Below the pieces are notes generated by a model, which was given only the letters and a program-made list of their open reading frames with translations, ran no database searches and was not told where the DNA came from. The translations under genes and the position numbers were made by a program. A stretch of DNA of 64,000 bases from Bacteroidota bacterium (lineage in GTDB: Bacteria; Bacteroidota; Bacteroidia; Bacteroidales; GCA-2711565), in contig PIVJ01000005.1 in NCBI GenBank assembly GCA_003353955.1, forward strand, positions 479-64,478. The letters are read 5' to 3'. Numbering within the stretch: position 1 is the stretch's first letter; each line of letters begins with the position of its first letter. Positions 38,920-49,603 of this stretch are shown in pieces.

Positions 38920-39783
38920 ATGAGACAACTAAAAATTACGAAGCAAGTTACCAATCGTGAAACTGCTTCACTGGACAAATACTTGCAAGAAATTGGGAAA
39001 GTAGAGCTAATTACTGCTAAGGAGGAAGTTATTCTTGCACAAAAGATTAAGCAAGGAGATCGCATGGCACTCGAAAAATTAACCAAGGCGAATTTAAGAT
39101 TTGTAGTTTCCGTATCAAAGCAATACCAGAATCAAGGCTTAAGCCTACCTGATCTAATTAATGAAGGTAACTTAGGATTGATTAAGGCAGCACAACGATT
39201 TGATGAAACTCGCGGATTCAAATTCATTTCTTATGCTGTTTGGTGGATCAGACAATCAATTTTACAGGCCTTAGCTGAACAATCCAGAATTGTTCGGCTA
39301 CCGTTGAATAAGATTGGCGCTATTAATAAAATTAATAAGGCTTACGCTAAATTAGAACAAAAATTTGAGCGCCAACCAAACCATGATGAAATAGCTGAAT
39401 TGCTCGAATGCTCTGAGAATGAAGTAAAAGAATCTATAAAAAATGCTGGTCGGCATGTATCAATGGATGCCCCATTGATTCAGGATGAAGACAACAATAT
39501 GTATGATGTACTTCGGAATGATGAAGGTCCTACACCTGAAACTGAACTACTGTACGATTCATTGCGAAACGAAATTGATAGAGCCGTTTCAACTTTAACT
39601 CCCCGTGAAGCCGATGTGGTAAAACTATATTTTGGTCTGAATGGTGGCCATCCAATGACACTTGAAGAGATTGGCGAAAAATTTGACCTTACTCGCGAAC
39701 GGGTACGACAAATTAAAGAAAAAGCAATTCGAAGATTAAAGCATACTACGAGAAGCAAAATATTAAAAACCTACTTAGGTTAA
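38920..39783 (+). CDS. rpoD: RNA polymerase primary sigma factor (Bacteroidota SigA/RpoD type)
   Basis: 287 aa. Region 2 [12 protein letters not shown] and region 4.2 [27 protein letters not shown]. Confidence 0.9.
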   Translation: MRQLKITKQVTNRETASLDKYLQEIGKVELITAKEEVILAQKIKQGDRMALEKLTKANLRFVVSVSKQYQNQGLSLPDLINEGNLGLIKAAQRFDETRGFKFISYAVWWIRQSILQALAEQSRIVRLPLNKIGAINKINKAYAKLEQKFERQPNHDEIAELLECSENEVKESIKNAGRHVSMDAPLIQDEDNNMYDVLRNDEGPTPETELLYDSLRNEIDRAVSTLTPREADVVKLYFGLNGGHPMTLEEIGEKFDLTRERVRQIKEKAIRRLKHTTRSKILKTYLG

Positions 39784-39788
39784 TCCAA

Positions 39789-39817
39789 AGCGCTCTGTTG
39801 ACAGGGCGCTTTTTTTG
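39789..39817 (+). terminator. Rho-independent terminator after rpoD
   Basis: AGCGCTCTG-TTGA-CAGGGCGCT hairpin followed by a T7 run. Confidence 0.7.
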
Positions 39818-39842
39818 TATACTTTTGAAAGAAAAATGCTGA

Positions 39843-40493
39843 ATGAAACATTTAATTGCACCCTCCTTACTATCTGCAGATTTTTCAAAACTTGCAGCAG
39901 ACATCGAAATGATTAATAATAGCGAAGCCGATTGGTTTCACGTTGATGTTATGGATGGCGTATTTGTGCCTAACATTTCTTTCGGGCAACCAATTATAAA
40001 ACACATAAAAAAACACGCAAAAAAGCCGTTGGATGTCCATTTAATGATCATCGATCCTGATCGATATGTTACAGATTTTAAAAATGCAGGAGCCGACATA
40101 CTCACTGTTCATTATGAAGCATGTACACATTTGCATCGATCAATTCAGGCAATTAAATCATCTGAAATGCAAGCCGGAGTGGCTCTTACCCCCCATACTC
40201 CCATAAGCGTTCTCGAAGATATAATTGCAGATCTAGACATCGTGTTACTCATGTCAGTAAATCCAGGGTTCGGAGGACAAACATTTATCGAAAATACCTA
40301 TACCAAAATTAACCGACTAAAAAAGCTTATTATCAAAACAGGATCAAATGCACTAATTGAAATTGATGGTGGAGTTACTCTTAAAAATGCTTCCAAAATT
40401 ATAAATGAAGGAACTGATGTATTAGTGGCCGGGAATACTGTTTTCTCTGCTAAAAACCCCATACAAACTATCGCAGAGCTCAAAAGAAATTAA
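39843..40493 (+). CDS. rpe: Ribulose-phosphate 3-epimerase
   Basis: 216 aa. HVDVMDGVFVPN and MSVNPGFGGQ motifs. Confidence 0.9.
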   Translation: MKHLIAPSLLSADFSKLAADIEMINNSEADWFHVDVMDGVFVPNISFGQPIIKHIKKHAKKPLDVHLMIIDPDRYVTDFKNAGADILTVHYEACTHLHRSIQAIKSSEMQAGVALTPHTPISVLEDIIADLDIVLLMSVNPGFGGQTFIENTYTKINRLKKLIIKTGSNALIEIDGGVTLKNASKIINEGTDVLVAGNTVFSAKNPIQTIAELKRN

Positions 40494-40503
40494 ACTGATT
40501 CAA

Positions 40504-41310
40504 ATGCAATTTACCATATTTGTAGTATCTGACGGAACAGGTAGAACAGCTCAACAAGCATTGGATGCTGCTCTGATGCAATTTCCGGATATCGCAGTTG
40601 ATATTCGAGTTAGGGCAGAAGTGAGAACTAAAAATGATATCAAGGTAATTCTCCATGAAGCACTTAACGAAAACGCATTTATACTTCACACCATAGTTCA
40701 AAATGAAATTCGTCATGAAATTGTTAGGGCTGGTAGAATTAACAACATCGAAACCATTGATTTAATGGGCCCCTTATTAGCCAGATTGGGTCATCAATTC
40801 GAGAATGTCCCTGAACAGAAACCCGGTATATTTCATACCCGAAACAAGGAATACTTTCAACGGATTGATTCAATGCAATTTGCTTTTACGCATGATGATG
40901 GGTTACGCACTCATGAGTTAGACAAAGCTGAAATTATTCTGATCGGAGTTTCCAGAACTTTTAAGACTCCACTGAGTATTTACCTGGCATCCCGAGGTTG
41001 GTTTGTTGCCAATGTTCCAATAATTATTGGAATCCAGCCGCCAAAAGGATTATTTGAAGTGGATCCGTCGAAAGTATTTTGTTTGAATACAATCGCCAGT
41101 CGATTATCAACCTTACGACAAGTAAGAGAAGAACATCTGGGTAAACAAACCGGAGATTATGCTTCACTACAGCATGTAAGAAATGAGCTTCTATTTGCTC
41201 AAGGCATTTATAATCGACAACCCAAATGGACTGTGATAAAAGTATCCAGTAAGCCCATCGAAGAGATTGCCACCGAGATACTCGCTCACCTTAAACCGAA
41301 GTCTGAATAA
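40504..41310 (+). CDS. ppsR: Pyruvate, water/phosphate dikinase regulatory protein (DUF299 kinase/pyrophosphorylase)
   Basis: 268 aa. P-loop-like LIGVSRTFKTPLSIYLA and overall DUF299 pattern. No ppsA/ppdK is adjacent in this window. Confidence 0.7.
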   Translation: MQFTIFVVSDGTGRTAQQALDAALMQFPDIAVDIRVRAEVRTKNDIKVILHEALNENAFILHTIVQNEIRHEIVRAGRINNIETIDLMGPLLARLGHQFENVPEQKPGIFHTRNKEYFQRIDSMQFAFTHDDGLRTHELDKAEIILIGVSRTFKTPLSIYLASRGWFVANVPIIIGIQPPKGLFEVDPSKVFCLNTIASRLSTLRQVREEHLGKQTGDYASLQHVRNELLFAQGIYNRQPKWTVIKVSSKPIEEIATEILAHLKPKSE

Positions 41311-41623
41311 CAGAGAAATCACAACTATCAATATCTGATCATTACACTCTTTTCAAATTAATACATAATATAGGTAGTATACCAAGTATAATTAGGCGAT
41401 CCTTAATCACTGGAAAAGCGCCAATGATAACCCCTGTAGTTGATTCTGAGGAAATAAATCTTTCATGGCAAGATAAAATCAAAAGACCTATATGCTAAAA
41501 TGGCTCTATATTTGAACAAAGATTAATTTTCGTCCCTAAAATCTTTCTGTGGCAAAAATTATAATTTATCTTTATAACTGGAAATCATTTTTCTAATTTT
41601 ATGATTATTTAAATAACTGTTTT

Positions 41624-43075
41624 ATGAATCATCCTTTTGCATCCTTAAAACCAGAACGTCTCTGGTATTATTTTAGTGAAATATTAAAAGTGCCTCGCCC
41701 GTCTAAAAGAGAAGAACAAATAACTGATTATCTGGTTACGTTTGGGAATACACATAATTTAGAAACAATCGTGGATGATATTGGTAATGTTATTATTAAA
41801 AAGGAAGCCACAATCGACAAAATAAATGCCAGAACAGTCATTCTGCAAAGTCATATGGATATAGTATGTGAAAAAAATAATGATAAGATTCATGATTTTG
41901 ATCACGACCCTATTGAGGCAAGAATTGATAGCGATTGGATTAAGGCTAACGGTACTACGCTGGGTGCTGACGATGGAATTGGAATTGCCGCACAGCTTGC
42001 AATATTAGAATCTGACAGCATAGGTCATGGACCATTAGAATGCTTATTTACAACTGATGAGGAGACTGGATTAACCGGCGCAAAGAATCTTGACCCAAGC
42101 GTATTAGCAGGAAAGGTATTATTAAATCTAGATTCGGAAGATGAAGGGCAATTATTTATAGGATGTGCCGGAGGTATAGATACGACAATTGAGCTTGAAT
42201 ACAAAAAAGAAGATTTACCAGTCCATTATGATAGTTTTAAGATATTCGTTAATGGCTTAAAGGGTGGACATTCCGGTGATGAAATTGATAAAGGATTGGG
42301 TAATGCCAATAAAATACTCTGTCGACTGCTATGGATGTCTACTGATTCATATGGAATACGCCTCGCTCATTTTGATGGCGGCAACTTGCGAAATGCAATC
42401 GCCAGAGAAGCTTTTGCAAATATATGCCTTCCAAGATCGTCTGCGGAAGGCTTCAAAACATTCGTATCAAGTTACTATGATACCATTAAAGAAGAACTAA
42501 AGCTTACTGATGAAGGAGTAAATATTTATCTTGAAAAGATAGATGACCTAGAATTTATTATTGATAACGAAACACAATTCAATCTGTTAAACTCACTCTA
42601 TGCTTGCCCTCACGGAGTTATCGCATACTCTGCTGAGATACCAGGATTTATTGAAACGTCAACAAATTTAGCAGCAGTTAAAACCTTTGATAACATCATT
42701 AAAATTACAACCAGTCAGCGCAGTTCTGTTGAATCAGCTAAAAATGATGTGGCAAATATGGTGAGATCAACATTTGCACTTACCGGAGCTGATGTAAGCC
42801 ATTCAGAAGGGTATCCCGGATGGCAGCCAAATCCTGATTCCGAGATTGTAGAAATTATGGTCGAATCTTACAAAAATCTTTTTAATCAGAATCCTGAGGT
42901 ATTGGCAATCCATGCCGGTTTAGAGTGTGGACTTATCGGTGCAATATATCCTGACATGGATATGATCTCCTTTGGCCCTACTATTAAAGGCGCCCATTCT
43001 CCAGATGAAAGAATTCACATTGAAAGTGCTGTTAAGTTTTGGGATTTGCTTGTTGATGTATTGCAGAAATTGTAA
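41624..43075 (+). CDS. pepD: Aminoacyl-histidine dipeptidase (M20 family, PepD)
   Basis: 483 aa. HMDIVCEK, GADDGIGIA, TTDEETGLTGA and HAGLECG motifs. Confidence 0.85.
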   Translation: MNHPFASLKPERLWYYFSEILKVPRPSKREEQITDYLVTFGNTHNLETIVDDIGNVIIKKEATIDKINARTVILQSHMDIVCEKNNDKIHDFDHDPIEARIDSDWIKANGTTLGADDGIGIAAQLAILESDSIGHGPLECLFTTDEETGLTGAKNLDPSVLAGKVLLNLDSEDEGQLFIGCAGGIDTTIELEYKKEDLPVHYDSFKIFVNGLKGGHSGDEIDKGLGNANKILCRLLWMSTDSYGIRLAHFDGGNLRNAIAREAFANICLPRSSAEGFKTFVSSYYDTIKEELKLTDEGVNIYLEKIDDLEFIIDNETQFNLLNSLYACPHGVIAYSAEIPGFIETSTNLAAVKTFDNIIKITTSQRSSVESAKNDVANMVRSTFALTGADVSHSEGYPGWQPNPDSEIVEIMVESYKNLFNQNPEVLAIHAGLECGLIGAIYPDMDMISFGPTIKGAHSPDERIHIESAVKFWDLLVDVLQKL

Positions 43076-43083
43076 TTCCCTTA

Positions 43084-43644
43084 TCAGATTCCAATGATAA
43101 TTCCAATCCGGTAAATGGGATTTGTATAAGGAGAATCAATAGATTTATTGAAATTCCACAATATCATAATATCTGAAAATATATTAGGACCAATTATCTG
43201 ACGATAGCCACCTCCAACCAAAAAACTTGCTACATTTCTACGTGCCAAATTATCATATAAGTCCGGTATTTCAAAATTCAATATTTCATACTCAATGTGA
43301 GCGAATACTTCCGAAACAATCCAATAGCTTGAGAATAATCGACCGCCATAAATATTTGTTTTATAAATGTCCGTATAGCTTTTATTTTTATTATATTGAT
43401 AAGTAAGGCCAATTCCAAGTGATAAATTATCGGTAAGTCGAAAACCAACCAGCGGTGATATATCAATCAGGGTAGTATTGCCAAATTGAAGTCCGAAATT
43501 ACCGCCAACAAATACTCTTTTTTGAGAATATCCAGATTCATATTCTTGCTGAGCAAATACTTTTTTTTCAAAAGGATTCATTAAAGTAAATAAAATGACC
43601 AGCAAAACAAGCTTGTTGTTTTTATTTTTATTTGAGATTCTCAT
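43084..43644 (-). CDS. Small outer-membrane beta-barrel protein (porin-family like)
   Basis: 186 aa. Signal peptide ending VFAQQ, Gly/aromatic-rich alternating strands and a C-terminal aromatic-rich end. Confidence 0.55.
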   Translation of the reverse strand: MRISNKNKNNKLVLLVILFTLMNPFEKKVFAQQEYESGYSQKRVFVGGNFGLQFGNTTLIDISPLVGFRLTDNLSLGIGLTYQYNKNKSYTDIYKTNIYGGRLFSSYWIVSEVFAHIEYEILNFEIPDLYDNLARRNVASFLVGGGYRQIIGPNIFSDIMILWNFNKSIDSPYTNPIYRIGIIIGI

Positions 43645-43718
43645 AGCGCTAAATTCTGATTCAAATTAATCACTGATACAATATTAGTAAATTTAATTCG
43701 TATGAATATTGGATTCAT

Positions 43719-43726
43719 TATATTTG
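43719..43726 (+). promoter_or_regulatory. Bacteroidota-type -7 box TAnnTTTG upstream of the lipoprotein gene
   Basis: TATATTTG, 17 nt upstream of the ATG at 43743. This would give a very short leader. Confidence 0.35.
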
Positions 43727-43742
43727 TTACTCAATTAAAATC

Positions 43743-45224
43743 ATGAGCGATAAATTTACAAAACAAGCTAAACAATTCTTTTTCTTCATTCTCTTTTTTG
43801 TCCTGATAATATCTTCATGCAAAAAAGATCGCATGATATCAATTGATCAAAACATTAAACTTGAATTTTCATCCGATTCAATTGCTTTTGACACTGTGTT
43901 TACAACCATTGGATCAGTTACAAAACAACTGAAGATTTTTAACCCTGCAGATCAAAAAATTAAAATAAGTTCCATTAAACTTAACGGGGGTGAACTATCA
44001 AGATATAGGATAAACATCGATGGTGTACCAGCACTGGAAGTTCACGATATCGAATTGAATGCCCACGACAGTTTACACATTTTCATCAAGGTAATGATTG
44101 ATCCGAATGATGAAAATTTACCTTTTGTGGTCGCAGATCAAATACAATTTCTGACTAATGGGAATACCCAAAATGTTGAGTTAGTAGCTTGGGGGCAAAA
44201 TGCAAATTACATTATCGCCGATCAAATAATCACTGGCTTACCTCCATTTAAAATTATTGCTGAAGAGAATACAAATACTACATGGGACGCCAACAAACCA
44301 TACTTAGTTTATGGTTACGCTGTAGTTGATTCGGGTGCCAGCCTGCTTATCAAGGAAGGGACACAAATTCATTTTCATAACAATTCAGGATTATGGATTT
44401 ATAAAGGAGGAAATATTAAAGTTGATGGCACGAAGGAAAATCCTGTGGTGTTCCAAGGAGATAGATTGGATTCTGATTATCAGGATATCCCCGGACAGTG
44501 GGATCGCATTTGGATTAATGAAGGGAGCATTGACAATGAAATTAATTATGCCATAATCAAGAACGGATTTATAGGAATACAAGCGGAGACATTAGAAGAG
44601 AAAATGGGTAATTCATTGATATTAACTAATACCGAAATAACTAATATGACCGGCTCCGGAATCTTATCCCGAAATTATAATATCAATGGGTTTAATAATG
44701 TGATCAGTAATTCTGAGAATTACCTTTTGGCATTAACGATGGGTGGCATCATTGATTTCAATCACTGTACTTTTGCCAATTATTGGTCACGTTCCGCACG
44801 ACAATTACCTTCTGTTTATATAAATAATTACCACCAAGATAAATCCGGTTCTGTATCAACCAAAGAGCTTCATGTGAATTTTGGTAATTCCATTATTGAT
44901 GGAGGAAATAATGAAGAGCTTGAAATTGACCTACTTGATGATGACATCAGTAGTTTTCTTTTTGACCACACTGCTTTAAGAACCTTACTTGATACCGATA
45001 ATAGCTTTTACCTGAATTGCTTAATAAATGAATCCAATTTTTTTAAATATCCTACTAAAAACAACTTCGAATTAGGTTTGTTATCGCCGGCAATTAACCG
45101 TGGCTCCATTGATATCGGAATCATGTTTCCAATTGATTTGTCCGGAAATTCAAGAATAGAGAGTCCCGATTTAGGTGCTTACGAGTTTGCACCTGAGAAT
45201 ACCATCCTACAAAAAAACAAATAG
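43743..45224 (+). CDS. Hypothetical lipoprotein, possibly with parallel beta-helix repeats
   Basis: 493 aa. Lipobox LIISSC. The repetitive N/G/I-rich segments (ITNMTGSGILSRNYNINGFNNVISNSEN) are suggestive of a beta-helix. Confidence 0.55.
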   Translation: MSDKFTKQAKQFFFFILFFVLIISSCKKDRMISIDQNIKLEFSSDSIAFDTVFTTIGSVTKQLKIFNPADQKIKISSIKLNGGELSRYRINIDGVPALEVHDIELNAHDSLHIFIKVMIDPNDENLPFVVADQIQFLTNGNTQNVELVAWGQNANYIIADQIITGLPPFKIIAEENTNTTWDANKPYLVYGYAVVDSGASLLIKEGTQIHFHNNSGLWIYKGGNIKVDGTKENPVVFQGDRLDSDYQDIPGQWDRIWINEGSIDNEINYAIIKNGFIGIQAETLEEKMGNSLILTNTEITNMTGSGILSRNYNINGFNNVISNSENYLLALTMGGIIDFNHCTFANYWSRSARQLPSVYINNYHQDKSGSVSTKELHVNFGNSIIDGGNNEELEIDLLDDDISSFLFDHTALRTLLDTDNSFYLNCLINESNFFKYPTKNNFELGLLSPAINRGSIDIGIMFPIDLSGNSRIESPDLGAYEFAPENTILQKNK

Positions 45225-45302
45225 AGCAACTTCACAATTATACTTAATTATGGCATTAAATACATAACTAAGAATGACACTTGCTGACAAAATCATTTAT
45301 TG

Positions 45303-45310
45303 TAACTTTG
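45303..45310 (+). promoter_or_regulatory. Bacteroidota-type -7 box TAnnTTTG upstream of the VOC pseudogene
   Basis: TAACTTTG, 34 nt upstream of the ATG at 45344. Confidence 0.4.
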
Positions 45311-45343
45311 ATAAATTCACTTAGCAAACATAAATTAATCTTG

Positions 45344-45783
45344 ATGAGCTCCATAAAATTTATTCATCCCAATATCGTTGCAAACGATTGGAAACTACTG
45401 ACCGATCTTTACACCAAAGTGTTTGACGGCAAAGCATTACTTCCGGAAAGAGACTTGAAGGGAGACTAGCTTGACAAAGGCACAGGATTAAGAGACGTGG
45501 AAATTAAAGGAATTCATCTTTTCTTGCCCGGTTTTTCTGAAGGCGGCTCAACCTTGAAAATCTTTCAATACAATAAAATTGATAAGGCTATTAAAAAGAA
45601 TACAAACTCATATGGACTGGCTCATTTCGCATTCCTAGTTGATACTGTGAAAGAAGCAATTAATTAAGGCACTTGTGTTTGGTACAGCGCAAATTGGTGA
45701 ATTAACTCAGCATAAAATTGAGGGTGTAGGAAAAATCTTCCGGTTCCGAAGATAATAAAGTTGAAATCCAGCACTGCTCTTAA
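45344..45783 (+). pseudogene. Glyoxalase/bleomycin-resistance (VOC) family pseudogene
   Basis: MSSIKFIHPNIVANDWKLLTDLYTKVF...ERDLKGD then TAG (45467-45469), where I would expect Trp (TGG). The same frame continues LDKGTGLRDVEIKGIHLFLPGF...GLAHFAFLVDTVKEAIN. The C-terminal pieces (KALVFGTAQIGEL...; SEDNKVEIQHCS) lie in other frames. Confidence 0.65.
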
Positions 45784-45973
45784 ACTTTGACATCTACTGC
45801 CAATTTGTTAATTAGTTTTATTTCTTTTTTTTCTAATCTAATTTCATTATTCGTTTATTTGTATTGAAATTAGCTTCATCCAAACTTATGAGCATAAGAG
45901 CGGTTAAATCTGATTTATTTTTAAAACATATTTAATAAGTATTTAAATTTTATAATTTGATATCTAAAGAACG

Positions 45974-48229
45974 ATGATCACTATATATATTACACTGGTT
46001 GGAATATTGATTTTACTAGCTATTTCAGATTTAGTTGTAGGCGTTAGTAATGATGCAGTAAATTTCTTAAATTCTGCAATTGGTTCCAAAGCGGCTCCTT
46101 TTAAAGTAATCATGATTGTGGCAGCTGTTGGGATTTTAGTGGGTGCAACTTTTTCAAGTGGCATGATGGAGGTTGCAAGGAAAGGGATTTTTCATCCACA
46201 GGAATTCTATTTTTCTGAAATCATGTTCATATTTCTAGCTGTAATGGTAACGGATGTCATACTGCTTGATTTGTTTAACACATTTGGGCTTCCTACCTCA
46301 ACAACAGTTTCGATTGTATTTGAATTATTGGGTGCCGCCGTTGCAATTTCGGTTATTAAACTAACTAACCTTCCAGAAGATTCCACCAAAGAACTAGGTG
46401 ATTTTATTAACTCAGGAAAAGCATTAGCAATTATATCAGGGATTCTCTTATCTGTTGTAGTCGCCTTCTCGGTTGGAGCAATTGTACAATATATAGCGAG
46501 ATTATTGTTTTCGTTTAATTATAAGAAACGGCTAAAATACTTTGGTGGATTGTGGGGCGGCTTTGCAATCACGGCTATTACTTATTTTATCCTCATCAAA
46601 GGCGCTAAAGGAGCATCATTCATGACTGATGAGCTGAAAGATATGATCCAAAACAACACCCTGCTGATTCTCGTCGGAAGTTTTGTTGCCTGGACTGTTC
46701 TTTTACAACTTCTAAACTGGCTTGTAAAATTAAATATACTTAAAGTTATTGTATTAGTTGGAACTTTTGCGTTAGCAATGGCATTTGCCGGTAACGATTT
46801 GGTTAATTTTATCGGTGTTCCACTAGCAGGCCTCGAGTCACTTAAAGCGTTTGTTGCGAATCCAGGTGCTGATCCAAATTTATTTTTAATGGAATCATTA
46901 CAGGGGAAAGTACAAACTCCAACATTTTATTTATTGATTGCGGGATTAATCATGGTACTTACTTTATGGTTATCCAAAAAAGCTAAACGGGTAGTGAAAA
47001 CCACCTTGGATCTTAGTCGACAGACTGAAGGTGATGAACGCTTTGGTTCATCAGCAATTTCACGATCACTTGTTAGAAGTTCTTTAAATCTTGGAAAGAT
47101 AATTAGCTATTTTGTTCCTGCAAAAATTCAAAAGGGAATTCAGAAACAATTTGAACCACTCAAAGAAACTACTCATTCAGCTACTGAAGAACCTGCGTTC
47201 GACCTCATTCGTGCATCTGTAAATCTGGTAGTTGCCAGTGTTCTTATTGCATTTGCTACTTCGCTTAAATTACCTTTGTCTACTACTTATGTAACTTTTA
47301 TGGTTGTCATGGGAACGTCTTTGTCAGATAAAGCGTGGGGTAGAGAAAGTGCTGTTTACAGAGTTACAGGCGTGTTAAGTGTAATCGGTGGTTGGTTTTT
47401 CACCGCTTTATCAGCATTTACAGTAGCATTTATTCTGGCACTTTTATTTTACTGGGGAGGCGTTTACGCAATTAGCGGAATGATCATAATAGCCATATTG
47501 GTAATTTATCGCACACATGGAACTCGTAAAAATAAAGATGATGACTTAATAGACACGGAAACGTTGGAAGAAATTTCTGAAAAGAATATCGTTCAACGAT
47601 GTAATCTAACCGTTAATTCAATTCTTGTTAAAATAAATGATTTCTATAGTGAAGTAATTGATGGTACCATTAACGAAGATTTGAAAAAACTCAAAAGTGT
47701 TTCTAAAAGAATCAGGCAACTCAATAAAGAGTCAAAGGAATTAAAAGATAATTTAAACTCAACCATTACTAAACTTCATGAAGATTCAATTGAATCAGCA
47801 CATTTTTATGTGCAGGTACTTGATTATCTGAGAGAGCTGGTACACAATATAACATTTATCTCTAAACCTTGTCGCGATCATGTCGATAACAATCATAAAA
47901 GTTTAATAGAGGCTCAGATTGACGAACTTAACGCCCTTAAAGGCGAAGTAAGCTCAATATTAATGGGCGTTCGCGAAGCAATTGCAGATTGTAATTATCA
48001 AAATATTGATATGATTATTGATCATCAACACGAACTACTTGACAAGCTTGGCTCCATTAAGAAAAAACAAATTAAGCGAATTAAACGTGTAGAAGTTGGC
48101 ACAAAAAACAGTTTGCTCTATTTCACCATTACAAATGAAACCAAAAACTTAATACTTAATGTGATAAATCTTCTGAAGTCTCAACGTGACTTCACGATGT
48201 TTGATGAAGAACAGAACCGTAAAAACTAA
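45974..48229 (+). CDS. Inorganic phosphate transporter (PiT/PHO4 family) with C-terminal PhoU-like helical domain
   Basis: 751 aa. GVSNDAVNFLNSAIGS and AFAGNDLVNFIGVPL duplicated PiT motifs, then about 230 aa of soluble helical C-terminus. Confidence 0.8.
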   Translation: MITIYITLVGILILLAISDLVVGVSNDAVNFLNSAIGSKAAPFKVIMIVAAVGILVGATFSSGMMEVARKGIFHPQEFYFSEIMFIFLAVMVTDVILLDLFNTFGLPTSTTVSIVFELLGAAVAISVIKLTNLPEDSTKELGDFINSGKALAIISGILLSVVVAFSVGAIVQYIARLLFSFNYKKRLKYFGGLWGGFAITAITYFILIKGAKGASFMTDELKDMIQNNTLLILVGSFVAWTVLLQLLNWLVKLNILKVIVLVGTFALAMAFAGNDLVNFIGVPLAGLESLKAFVANPGADPNLFLMESLQGKVQTPTFYLLIAGLIMVLTLWLSKKAKRVVKTTLDLSRQTEGDERFGSSAISRSLVRSSLNLGKIISYFVPAKIQKGIQKQFEPLKETTHSATEEPAFDLIRASVNLVVASVLIAFATSLKLPLSTTYVTFMVVMGTSLSDKAWGRESAVYRVTGVLSVIGGWFFTALSAFTVAFILALLFYWGGVYAISGMIIIAILVIYRTHGTRKNKDDDLIDTETLEEISEKNIVQRCNLTVNSILVKINDFYSEVIDGTINEDLKKLKSVSKRIRQLNKESKELKDNLNSTITKLHEDSIESAHFYVQVLDYLRELVHNITFISKPCRDHVDNNHKSLIEAQIDELNALKGEVSSILMGVREAIADCNYQNIDMIIDHQHELLDKLGSIKKKQIKRIKRVEVGTKNSLLYFTITNETKNLILNVINLLKSQRDFTMFDEEQNRKN

Positions 48230-48231
48230 GT

Positions 48232-48696
48232 TTGAAAGTTCATAAAATTATATCTGGAGGGCAAACCGGCGTTGATCGGTCTGCTCTTGATTTCTCTCTT
48301 CATAATAAGATTCAATGTGGCGGCTGGTGCCCACAAGGCAGATTGGCTGAGGATGGGATTATTGCTGATCGATATCCACTCACCGAAACGAAGCAATCAG
48401 ATGTAATCTACAGAACACAAAGAAACATCGAAGAAGCGGATGGAACCCTCCTTATCTATAATCAAAAAATGGATACAGGAACGATGAAAACCTCAACCTA
48501 TGCCACTGCTATAAATGCACCACTTTATAAAATTGATTTGTCAATATCGTTTAATAAGGACAGTTTTAGAAACTGGCTTTCCACAAATAAAATTAAAATA
48601 TTAAATATTGCAGGACCACGAGAAAGTTATGGCAATGGTATTTATCAACTATCTTACAATTTTCTTACCCAAATGAAGGGCTTATTTGATGGCTGA
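48232..48696 (+). CDS. Putative molybdenum-carrier/YpsA-like SLOG-fold protein
   Basis: 154 aa, TTG start 2 nt after the PiT stop. IISGGQTGVDRSALDFS...GGWCPQGRLAEDG matches the MoCo_carrier-type signature as I remember it. Confidence 0.6.
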   Translation: MKVHKIISGGQTGVDRSALDFSLHNKIQCGGWCPQGRLAEDGIIADRYPLTETKQSDVIYRTQRNIEEADGTLLIYNQKMDTGTMKTSTYATAINAPLYKIDLSISFNKDSFRNWLSTNKIKILNIAGPRESYGNGIYQLSYNFLTQMKGLFDG

Positions 48697-49548
48697 AACA
48701 AAGCGGTCTTTTCCATTCATATCTTTTTGGATATGCACTTGTCGAAATTTTTCAGCAATCAACAAATCATTAATCTCTTTTCCAAACGCTTCATTAATTT
48801 CAAAATACAATCGGCCATCTAAGCGTAAATGTTGTTGGCTGAGAGAAATAATATTCTTATAAAATTTCAATGGATTTAAATCTGTAACATAAAGTGCTTC
48901 CGGGGGTTCAAACTCAACCACATTCTTATTCATCAACACTTTCTCAGACTCCAACACATAGGGCGGATTACTAACGATTAAATCGTATTGGCTCAATAGA
49001 TCCCACTGGTTCTCGTCTAACATATCTATCTGTAGAAATTTCACTGTAGCATTGTTAAGGTTGGCATTCTTTGCTGCAACAGTTAAAGCTTTTTTTGATA
49101 TATCCATGGCCGTAACATCTGCTTTTAGTAATTTCTTTAATGAAATTGTAATACATCCACTCCCTGACCCTATATCCAGAACAGCAATTCTCTTGCTAGA
49201 AAAATTTTCAGATTTAACAATAAACTGAACAAATTCCTCTGTTTCTGGCCTGGGGATTAATACATCCTCATTTATAAGTAACTCAAAATCAAGAAAGCGT
49301 GCTTCTCCGATAATATATTGAATTGGCCTATGTTGCATTAAATCTTTAACAGCAAAATGTACTTTCAACATTTCCGACTCATTAATTCTACGTTCAGGAT
49401 TTTTAGTATATTCAATTATATCGACATTCAAATAATGCTCAAACAATATTAAAAGCATTGCCTTGCTTTCACGCTCAGAAAAGATTGTCAACATCAATTC
49501 TTTGTAGTAAACGAATAGGTCAATTAGTTTGTTTGACGAAACTTTCAT
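48682..49548 (-). CDS. prmC: Peptide chain release factor N5-glutamine methyltransferase
   Basis: 288 aa. LIPRPETE, DIGSGSGCI and NPPY motifs. Confidence 0.85.
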   Translation of the reverse strand: MKVSSNKLIDLFVYYKELMLTIFSERESKAMLLILFEHYLNVDIIEYTKNPERRINESEMLKVHFAVKDLMQHRPIQYIIGEARFLDFELLINEDVLIPRPETEEFVQFIVKSENFSSKRIAVLDIGSGSGCITISLKKLLKADVTAMDISKKALTVAAKNANLNNATVKFLQIDMLDENQWDLLSQYDLIVSNPPYVLESEKVLMNKNVVEFEPPEALYVTDLNPLKFYKNIISLSQQHLRLDGRLYFEINEAFGKEINDLLIAEKFRQVHIQKDMNGKDRFVSAIK

Positions 49549-49572
49549 GTCTCGAAATTACTCAATTTTTAG

Positions 49573-49580
49573 TACCTTTG
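49573..49580 (+). promoter_or_regulatory. Bacteroidota-type -7 box TAnnTTTG upstream of the kinase-like gene
   Basis: TACCTTTG, 24 nt upstream of the ATG at 49604. This argues against the longer ORF starts at 49529/49547, which overlap the prmC start. Confidence 0.4.
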
Positions 49581-49603
49581 ATCAGGTTAAAAATAATTTA
49601 CAG

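Noticed and set aside
40480-40716. 78-aa minus-strand ORF spanning the rpe/ppsR junction
   Set aside because: It is antisense to two well-supported genes, Cys/Asn-rich and without motifs, so it is likely spurious.
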